Below, in pieces: positions 8,456 to 14,408 of a DNA stretch of 24,000 bases. How positions within the stretch are numbered: the stretch's first letter is position 1; every line of letters begins with the position of its first letter. A model generated the notes under the pieces. It was given only the letters and a program-made list of their open reading frames with translations. It did no database searches and was not told the DNA's origin. Position numbers and translations under genes: made by a program. The stretch is from an archaeon HR01 (GTDB lineage Archaea; Thermoproteota; Nitrososphaeria_A; Caldarchaeales; Caldarchaeaceae): NCBI GenBank assembly GCA_002898355.1, contig BEHD01000012.1, positions 1-24,000 on the forward strand, written 5' to 3'.

Positions 8456-8809
8456 TTATCCTGCGGATTTGCTTCCTGAACTGTATTTTAGTTTTTCACG
8501 GCCCAGTGGGTAGCGCCTCATAAACCCGCAGGCCATACATCTAACCACCACATGGGTGGAGCGGCGGCTCCTAACCCTAACCCTGAAGGTTCCAGCCCCT
8601 GTAAAAGGGGTTCCACATCTTCTGCAAAACCTCCTCCTCAGCTCCGGCGGAAGCCTAAGCCTGTAATGCATCGCAATCCGCTGGGCAGTCCTAACAGCTG
8701 CGACCGCATAGTCTGGATAAGACTCATAGTGGTTTACGGCGAAATCCAGCAGTCTCTCAACCCTCCTTAATGCAAGCTTTCTAATCCTCCTTATCTCAGA
8801 CTTTCTCAA
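8456..8809 (-). CDS. rnp4: RNase P protein component 4 (Rpp21/Rpr2 family)
   Basis: N-terminal helical pair followed by the zinc ribbon RRFCRRCGTPF...VVVRCMACGFMRRYP. TTG start directly follows an in-frame TAG. It lies 15 nt upstream of rps19e on the same strand. Confidence 0.85.
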   Translation of the reverse strand: MRKSEIRRIRKLALRRVERLLDFAVNHYESYPDYAVAAVRTAQRIAMHYRLRLPPELRRRFCRRCGTPFTGAGTFRVRVRSRRSTHVVVRCMACGFMRRYPLGREKLKYSSGSKSAG

Positions 8810-8832
8810 CTACATCTGAAAGCAGGTTACGA

Positions 8833-8840
8833 ATATTTAA
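8833..8840 (-). promoter_or_regulatory. TATA-like box of rnp4-rps19e (TTAAATAT on the - strand)
   Basis: It ends 23 nt upstream of the TTG start at 8809. Confidence 0.45.
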
Positions 8841-8943
8841 TAACTATGATTGGTGAGAATAGGCTTAAGAGTGATAGGGGTGATTCTAGGTGTCTGGCGG
8901 AACTTGCTAGGCTGGGTGCCTTGCCGAGTTCATACATGCCTGA

Positions 8944-8966
8944 GGGTTGGGTGGCTAGGGTTGGGG
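8944..8966 (+). other. G-quadruplex-type motif, also a tandem AGGGTTGGG repeat
   Basis: GGG TT GGG TGGCTA GGG TT GGGG gives four G-runs of at least 3 with loops of 2, 6 and 2 nt. AGGGTTGGG occurs at 8943-8951 and 8957-8965. Confidence 0.6.
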
Positions 8967-9130
8967 AGCTTGTTAGGAGGAGGGCATTCCTAGTGGAACA
9001 GGGATAGATTCGCATTTAATTGAAGTTGAGGAAGGACATCGGACTGAGTATATGGGTAAGCGGAGACTGGGGGAATAAGGGTATTCTCCGTTAAAGCTTA
9101 AATGCAGAGCCGGCTTTGCTTAAACCATCT

Positions 9131-10441
9131 ATGAATAGTGAGGAGGCCGCTGCGCTAAGGGACAAATATCTCATCCGTGGGATTGTACCAAGGGACCCTC
9201 TAGTCATAGATAGGGCTTCAGGCCTACACATCTACGACCTTGAGGGAAATAGGTATACTGACCTCTTCTCAGGCATCAGCACCAATAACTTGGGCCACTG
9301 CCATCCAGATGTTGTGAGGGCTGTGGCCGAGCAGGCAGGCCGGTTTATGCATGTCTCAGGCTATTACACCCATCCGAGAGAGGTGGAGCTGGCGAAAAGT
9401 CTTGTGGATTTACTGCCCAGAAGCCTGTGCAAGGTCTTCTTCTGCAACAGCGGAACCGAGGCTGTGGACGGCGCTGTCAAGCTGGCCAAGAAGACCGCCG
9501 TAGTCGAGGGCAGGCAGGGCTCGACAGTTATAGCTTTGAAGGGCTCATTCCACGGACGCCTATCCCTCACACTCACCCTTACCGGCCAGAGAAAATACAA
9601 GGCCAGGCTGGGCAACTACGCCAACTATCCAGGTGTGGTGCATGCCCCATGCCCCTACCACTACCGCTACGGCGGAGGACTCTCAGAGGACGAGTTCGGC
9701 CTGAGATGCGCAGACGAGGTGGCCGAGATCATAGACCATTACGCATCTGGAGATGTGGCTGCTGTGCTGGTGGAGCCCATACTAGGAGAGGGAGGCATAA
9801 TAGTGCCCCCCGACACCTACCTCCCACGCCTCGAGAAGATCTGTAGTGAGAGGGGTGTCCCGCTGGTGGTGGATGAGGTTCAGACAGGCTTCGGCAGAAC
9901 AGGGAAAATCTTCGCCTCCGAGCACTGGGGACTTAAACCAGACCTCATGGCGATGGCCAAGGCCTTGGGCGCCGGCCTCCCCCTAGGTGCGATAGCTGTC
10001 TCCGAACGCGTCGACAGAGCCCTAGAGCCTGGAGACCATTTTAACACCTTCATGGGCAACCCTGTATCGTGCGCTGCAGCATTGGCGGGCATCCGGGTCC
10101 TTACAAGAGATAGGCTTCACGAAAACGCTGCCAGGCAGGGCGCATCCATGATAAAACATCTCCGTGAGGCTATGGATGAGATACCGTTCATGGGTGATGT
10201 CCGGGGCCGTGGCCTTATGGTTGGTGTGGAGCTGGTCTGGGATGAGAGGACCAAAAAGCCGGCGCCGGAGCTGGCTGACAGGGCTAAGGCCGAGATGAGG
10301 AGGAGGGGCTACCTGATAGGCGTCGGTGGAATCTATAAGAACGTGCTCAGAATCCAGCCACCCCTCATCATAACTGAGGAGGTCGCCCAAGAGGCTGTGG
10401 AGAACCTAGTCGAATCCATTAAAGAGTCGGCCAAAATATAG
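9131..10441 (+). CDS. Class-III PLP-dependent aminotransferase (ArgD/LysJ/GabT-like; substrate not assignable)
   Basis: Motifs FFCNSGTEAVDGAVKLAKK, VDEVQTGFGRTGKIFA and the Schiff-base region AMAKALGAG. The ORF track starts at TTG 9116. I prefer ATG 9131, which lies 27 nt downstream of AAGCTTAAAT (9094-9103). Confidence 0.85.
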   Translation: MNSEEAAALRDKYLIRGIVPRDPLVIDRASGLHIYDLEGNRYTDLFSGISTNNLGHCHPDVVRAVAEQAGRFMHVSGYYTHPREVELAKSLVDLLPRSLCKVFFCNSGTEAVDGAVKLAKKTAVVEGRQGSTVIALKGSFHGRLSLTLTLTGQRKYKARLGNYANYPGVVHAPCPYHYRYGGGLSEDEFGLRCADEVAEIIDHYASGDVAAVLVEPILGEGGIIVPPDTYLPRLEKICSERGVPLVVDEVQTGFGRTGKIFASEHWGLKPDLMAMAKALGAGLPLGAIAVSERVDRALEPGDHFNTFMGNPVSCAAALAGIRVLTRDRLHENAARQGASMIKHLREAMDEIPFMGDVRGRGLMVGVELVWDERTKKPAPELADRAKAEMRRRGYLIGVGGIYKNVLRIQPPLIITEEVAQEAVENLVESIKESAKI

Positions 10442-10529
10442 CCCGGGCCGGATTCGAACCGGCGTCGCGGGGTCCAAAGCCCCGCATCCCTAGCCCTCCG
10501 GATGGGTTTGACCGCTAGACGACCGGGCT
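10439..10529 (-). tRNA. tRNA-Gln (anticodon UUG) with an ~18-nt non-canonical intron at the D-loop/D-stem junction (approx. 10487-10504 in + coordinates)
   Basis: Reverse complement reads AGCCCGG UC GUCU AGCGGUCAA [ACCCAUCCGGAGGGCUAG] GGAU G CGGGG CUUUGGA CCCCG CGAC GCCGG UUCGAAU CCGGC CCGGGCU A. It forms a cloverleaf only after the bracketed segment is removed. Confidence 0.8.
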
Positions 10530-10553
10530 ACACTATCGGGTATGATATTTTGG

Positions 10554-10561
10554 ATAATTAA
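10554..10561 (-). promoter_or_regulatory. TATA-like box of tRNA-Gln (TTAATTAT on the - strand)
   Basis: It ends 24 nt upstream of the tRNA 5' end (10529). Confidence 0.4.
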
Positions 10562-10568
10562 ACCTTTT

Positions 10569-10859
10569 TCAGGGGCCCTGGTTTAGACGCATATTAATCA
10601 GGTCGGCCATGACATGGTTTCTACACTCTATCAGTATCTTCTTCACCCCCGCCACCTTCAACGCTACAGATTTCACAGCCTCAGCATAGCTTAGGAGGGT
10701 GGGTGAGTATGGGTCCCTCGGAGATATAACAATCCTCACCAGCCCGTCCCCAAGGTCTTGGACATTCACGGTCAGGAGCAGGGGTATGGCTGGGGCGCCG
10801 GATACGGGGTCCCTAATGCTTCTCAGACGGCTGAAGACCTCATCCTCCAACGTAGTCAA
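10569..10859 (-). CDS. DUF59/MIP18-like small protein (Fe-S cluster assembly-related fold, tentative)
   Basis: 96 aa. RSIRDPVSG...VRIVISPRDPYSPTLLSYAEAVKSVALKVAGVKKILIE resembles the DUF59 pattern (V-x-DPE...T-x-x-x-CP...gv-x-v-x-v), but the usual Cys is missing. TTG start. Confidence 0.4.
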   Translation of the reverse strand: MTTLEDEVFSRLRSIRDPVSGAPAIPLLLTVNVQDLGDGLVRIVISPRDPYSPTLLSYAEAVKSVALKVAGVKKILIECRNHVMADLINMRLNQGP

Positions 10860-11030
10860 CGATATTACATAGCCTCGGCACGTCTTAAGGATGTGGAAAC
10901 CACCATGACTGGGTTGGTGGCTGGGGTTAGGAGTTAAACCGCATCCATCGATTTCCCGTCAGTGTAGAGAGGGGGATGTTGTTGGGAATTTTCCGAAGTC
11001 ACCACATTTATATGAAGGAATGTCTGTGCT

Positions 11031-11366
11031 GTGGGTGTGACAGGTGAGGAGCTGGAGACTGTGGTGAGGAGGCTTTCAGAGGTTGAGGCTGAGCTGGATA
11101 AGCTGGTGGCGGATGCCGGGTGGGCTGGGAAGGAGCTTGTGCTAGCGGCCGAGAAGGAGGCCCAGAACACCAAGGCCAGGCTCATAGCGGAGATACAGTC
11201 CCAGCAGGAGAGGCTGCTGGCCCAGGCTAGGGCTGAGGCGGAGGCCCGGGCCCGCGAGATAGTTGAGAAGGGTGAGAGGGATGCGGAGGAGGTAAGGGCT
11301 AGGGCTGAGAAAAAGCTCGCCGAGGCGGTGAGGCTTGTCGTCTCGAAGCTTTTGGGAGAGGCCTAG
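11031..11366 (+). CDS. A-type (A1AO) ATP synthase peripheral-stalk coiled-coil subunit (AtpH / V-type G-like)
   Basis: 111-aa Ala/Glu/Arg/Lys-rich predicted coiled coil (AEKEAQ...ARAEAEARAREIVEKGERDAEEVRARAEKKLAEA), immediately upstream of atpC. The start could be GTG 11031 or GTG 11037. Confidence 0.5.
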   Translation: MGVTGEELETVVRRLSEVEAELDKLVADAGWAGKELVLAAEKEAQNTKARLIAEIQSQQERLLAQARAEAEARAREIVEKGERDAEEVRARAEKKLAEAVRLVVSKLLGEA

Positions 11367-11383
11367 GAGGCAGTTGAGCCGGG

Positions 11384-12436
11384 ATGCATAATCTTAAGCT
11401 GGACTCTGTATATGGTGTCGCCAAATCATACGGACTAAAGTCCCTTCTCTTCCCCTACTCGTTCATCCAGGAGCTGGCCGACTCGAAGGACGTCGAAGAC
11501 CTTGTGGACCGGTTGAGGGCTTCACCCTACGGAGCCCACCTAGCCCAGCTTACAAGGCCCTACACACCCGTGAAGGTGGAGAGGGCGTTATGGCATAGCC
11601 TTCTGGATGTTCACTTCAGGCTGGTTAATGTCTCAGCCCAGCCGCGTATCCTCCACGCCTACTTCCTGAGATATGTCCATTCAAATTTGAAGGCCGTGCT
11701 GAGGGGGAAGGCCCTCGGCAAGGGCTATGACGAGATTATGGAGTATGTGGACCTCTACCCCGAGTCTCTGCTGGGTGTGAGGGATGAGGTTTTGAGGGCT
11801 GTTGGAGCCCGTGACCTGCAGGCCGCCGTAGCCGAGATAGCCAAGACCGACCTGGCTGAGGCTGGAAGGATAGCCATGGAGGTGTGGAGTACAAAGAAGG
11901 AGCTGGTGGCCTTCGACATGGTGGTGGATAAGATGTTCCTGCAAAAGCTTCTGGAGGCTTTCCGAGGCCTGCCCAGGGGTGAGAGGAGAGACTTTAAACC
12001 CCTCATCTCACTAGAGCTAGACACCGGCATAGCGGCCAGCATCCTGAGGCTGAAGTCTTGGAACCTTCCGCCGGCGGAGATAAAGGAGTTCATACCTGAG
12101 AGGGGTGTGGAGATGGATGGGGCCGGAATAGACCTTCTGATATCTGCGAGGGAGGTGGGTGAAGCGGTTTCGGCCCTCCAGCTCTTCCCATGGCATAAGA
12201 TGGGGGATGTTAGGGATATCCAGTCGCTGATAAGGCATCTGGAGAAGACCGCATCCGAGTACAAGATAAGCCTCGCATCCAAATACTACTACCAGAAGCC
12301 GATGAGGAACGTTTTGACTCTGGCGATAATCTTGTTGAAGGAGGCGGAGGTTAGGAACATAGCTACGATAGCCACAGGCTTGTATGAGGGGCAGCCCGCC
12401 GCCAGGATATTGGAGAGGCTGGTCAAGACCATCTGA
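11384..12436 (+). CDS. atpC: A-type ATP synthase subunit C (homologue of V-ATPase subunit d, AC39 family)
   Basis: 350 aa, all-helical, with the repeated AC39-type pattern (LKAVLRGKALGKGYDEIMEYV ... ASILRLKSWNLPPAEIKEFI ... EVRNIATIATGL). Confidence 0.75.
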   Translation: MHNLKLDSVYGVAKSYGLKSLLFPYSFIQELADSKDVEDLVDRLRASPYGAHLAQLTRPYTPVKVERALWHSLLDVHFRLVNVSAQPRILHAYFLRYVHSNLKAVLRGKALGKGYDEIMEYVDLYPESLLGVRDEVLRAVGARDLQAAVAEIAKTDLAEAGRIAMEVWSTKKELVAFDMVVDKMFLQKLLEAFRGLPRGERRDFKPLISLELDTGIAASILRLKSWNLPPAEIKEFIPERGVEMDGAGIDLLISAREVGEAVSALQLFPWHKMGDVRDIQSLIRHLEKTASEYKISLASKYYYQKPMRNVLTLAIILLKEAEVRNIATIATGLYEGQPAARILERLVKTI

Positions 12437-12704
12437 TAATGAATCCTGTCAGCTCACCTTGCGGAGAGCTCCATTCCACATCCACCCTCTCAACCCTAGC
12501 AGCTGGAGGCCCCCTATGACACCACTCCACAAGCTTTCTCAAGGCTGCCTCATCACCCTCCGCATAGGCTTCCACACTTCCATCCTCGAGGTTTCTAACC
12601 CATCCCACCAACCCCAGCTCCTCGGCAACACTCTTCATATGGGCGCGGAAGAAGACCCCCTGAACTAGCCCGTAAACTCTGATACGTGCAGCCTTTACCG
12701 CCAT
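12423..12704 (-). CDS. acyP: Acylphosphatase
   Basis: VYGLVQGVFFRAHMKSVAEELGLVGWVRNLEDGSVEAYAEG is the acylphosphatase signature (V-x-G-x-V-Q-G-V-x-F-R ... G-W-V-R-N). ATG 12704 is preferred over the TTG at 12710 used by the ORF track. Confidence 0.9.
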   Translation of the reverse strand: MAVKAARIRVYGLVQGVFFRAHMKSVAEELGLVGWVRNLEDGSVEAYAEGDEAALRKLVEWCHRGPPAARVERVDVEWSSPQGELTGFIIRWS

Positions 12705-12722
12705 GGTCAACCTTATAGATGG

Positions 12723-13889
12723 GTGGAGGTTTTATTTAGCGGATTGCGGCCGAGGGCTGACGCAGCGGTTGTAGGTGCCGGGCCTGCTGGACTGATGGCT
12801 GCAGCATATCTGGCCTTCAGGGGATTTGATGTGGTGGTCTTTGAAGAGGATGCGATTATAGGCAGGCCCGAGAGATGTGCAGGGCTTTACAGCCTCTGGG
12901 GCCTTAAGGCTCTCCGGATACCTGCGGACGGCCCATATCTACAGAACAGGGTTATGGGGGCGGTCTTCACATCGCCCAGTGGAGAAAGCTTCACCGTCAA
13001 GGCTCCATCGGAGGTGGCCGTAGTATGCAACAGGGAGAGGTTCGACCAGTACCTCGCTGAGAAGGCCCTCGATAATGGTGCAACGATATACCTGGGCGTC
13101 CACGTCCGGGATATACATCGGAGAGACGGCGGCTACGTCCTAGATACTGGCGCAGGGCAGGTGGAGGCTAGCTATCTCCTGGTGGCCGAGGGGAGGAAGG
13201 CCCACATAGCCCGGCGAATATACCCCGGATACAGGCTCGGACCCTGGATACCGATAATCCAGTATCAGGTGGCAGGCCACGGCCAGGACCCAGACCTTGT
13301 CTACCTATACTTCACCCGATACCTCCCAGACTTCTTCGCCTACCTCGTTCCGGTGGACGGGGATGTTGGGAAGCTGGGGGTTGCGGCGGTCAAGAACACC
13401 TGGGCCCTAAGCCTGAGGTTTCTGAGGGAGTACTTCCCAGGAGCAAGGATTTTGGGTGTCAGCTCCTCATCCGTCTATGTCGGCCCGCCTCTCCCGGACC
13501 CGAAGATAGGTAATGCCTTCCTACTAGGGGATGTGGCTGGCCAGGTCAAGGCGACTACCGGTGGCGGTGTGGTGTATGGCGGGCTCTATGCCCTGGCTGC
13601 AGCCCGTCACATAGCCGGCATGGCTGACTTTTACAGCACGGTCAAGCCGTTACAGAGGGAGCTGGAGAACACATATCTTCTTAGGAGGCTGGTCTCGAGA
13701 ATCGGTCCTGCGATGTTAGATACTCTCTTCCGCTCGGTGGGTGAGAGCGGTATGGCGGAGAGGCTGGGGAGGTTGGGGAATATGGAGAGGCACCATAACA
13801 CCCTCTTGAGGAGCCTTCTCCACCCCTCAGCCACCCTCCTCGCCCTCCATCTCATTAAAAACTATCTCCAGGCAATACTTAAAAGCTGA
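12723..13889 (+). CDS. FAD-dependent geranylgeranyl reductase-family oxidoreductase
   Basis: N-terminal dinucleotide fold AVVGAGPAGLMAAAYLAFRGFDVVVFEE and a later GDVAGQVKATTGGGV motif. The start may be TTG 12744 (MRPRADAAVVGAGPAG), 24 nt downstream of CTTATAGA (12712-12719). Confidence 0.7.
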   Translation: MEVLFSGLRPRADAAVVGAGPAGLMAAAYLAFRGFDVVVFEEDAIIGRPERCAGLYSLWGLKALRIPADGPYLQNRVMGAVFTSPSGESFTVKAPSEVAVVCNRERFDQYLAEKALDNGATIYLGVHVRDIHRRDGGYVLDTGAGQVEASYLLVAEGRKAHIARRIYPGYRLGPWIPIIQYQVAGHGQDPDLVYLYFTRYLPDFFAYLVPVDGDVGKLGVAAVKNTWALSLRFLREYFPGARILGVSSSSVYVGPPLPDPKIGNAFLLGDVAGQVKATTGGGVVYGGLYALAAARHIAGMADFYSTVKPLQRELENTYLLRRLVSRIGPAMLDTLFRSVGESGMAERLGRLGNMERHHNTLLRSLLHPSATLLALHLIKNYLQAILKS

Positions 13890-13893
13890 AGAG

Positions 13894-14088
13894 GTGGAGG
13901 GCATCCCGATGAGCGAGCAACAGACAACGCCTCTATGTACGTGGTGTCACAGGCCTATTATAGCCAGTGAGTGTGCCGTCTCGTTTCCATGCCCCAACTG
14001 CGGCAAGTCAGTGATATGGCGGTGTGAGATATGCCGTGAGCTGGCTAGGCCATATGTATGTCCGACCTGCTGGTTTAAGGGGCCGTGA
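13894..14088 (+). CDS. Small multi-zinc-ribbon protein (COG2888 / HVO_2753-like)
   Basis: Four Cys pairs in 64 aa (CTWC, CPNCG, CEIC, CPTCW). It sits immediately upstream of, and overlaps, the aEF-1beta gene, which is the classical neighbourhood for this family. Alternative ATG start at 13909. Confidence 0.75.
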   Translation: MEGIPMSEQQTTPLCTWCHRPIIASECAVSFPCPNCGKSVIWRCEICRELARPYVCPTCWFKGP

Positions 14089-14096
14089 ATGTCTCC

Positions 14097-14366
14097 ATGG
14101 CCGATGTCCTAGTCATTATCAGGATATATCCCGAAGAGCCTGATTCAGACCTTGAGGATATCGTGGAGAGGGTTAGGAGGAGCCTACCTGAGAAGGTTGT
14201 GCTGAGGGACTACAGGTCCGAGGAGATGGGTTACGGCCTCTCCTCCCTCCTGGTAGGATTTACCATGCCCGATTCGGAGGGTGTGCTGGAGGAGCTGGAG
14301 GAGGCCCTGAGAGGGGTTGACGGTGTGTCGGAGATTAGCGTTGAACATGTAACACGTATCTTATAG
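14097..14366 (+). CDS. ef1b: Translation elongation factor aEF-1 beta
   Basis: MADVLVIIRIYPEEPDSDLEDIVERVRR...GYGLSSLLVGFTMPDSEGVLEELEEALRGVDGVSEISVEHVTRIL aligns end to end with archaeal EF-1beta. The ORF track's GTG 14085 would add 4 aa. Confidence 0.9.
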   Translation: MADVLVIIRIYPEEPDSDLEDIVERVRRSLPEKVVLRDYRSEEMGYGLSSLLVGFTMPDSEGVLEELEEALRGVDGVSEISVEHVTRIL

Positions 14367-14378
14367 AGATGGTTACGC

Positions 14379-14386
14379 TTAAATTA
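14379..14386 (+). promoter_or_regulatory. TATA-like box of cdc48 (TTAAATTA)
   Basis: 22 nt upstream of ATG 14409. There is no SD-like sequence between them, which suggests a leaderless transcript. Confidence 0.45.
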
Positions 14387-14408
14387 TCCTTGGGTGTTGG
14401 TTTTTCCG

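Noticed and set aside
8827-9015. 62-aa minus-strand ORF in the rnp4/aminotransferase gap
   Set aside because: No promoter-like element at the right distance and a Ser/Leu/Pro-rich translation. It is the complement of the G-rich strand, and I could not support it over the (also weak) + strand sORF.
9061-9090. Hairpin CGGAGA-(18 nt)-TCTCCG just upstream of the aminotransferase TATA box
   Set aside because: A 6-bp stem with a large loop, not followed by a T-tract and with no second copy. It is insufficient to call a terminator or operator.
9427-9846. 139-aa Arg/Gly/Pro-rich alternative-frame ORF inside the aminotransferase gene
   Set aside because: This is a +1 frame reading of a GC-rich gene. 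Its composition is typical of an off-frame artefact.
10900-10920. Inverted repeat CCACCA-(9 nt)-TGGTGG in the DUF59-like/atpH divergent region
   Set aside because: A short, isolated repeat with no positional relationship to either predicted TATA box. Likely chance.
11755-12282. 175-aa minus-strand ORF antisense to atpC (also 11681-11944, 12017-12238)
   Set aside because: Shadow ORFs with Ser-rich composition and no motifs.
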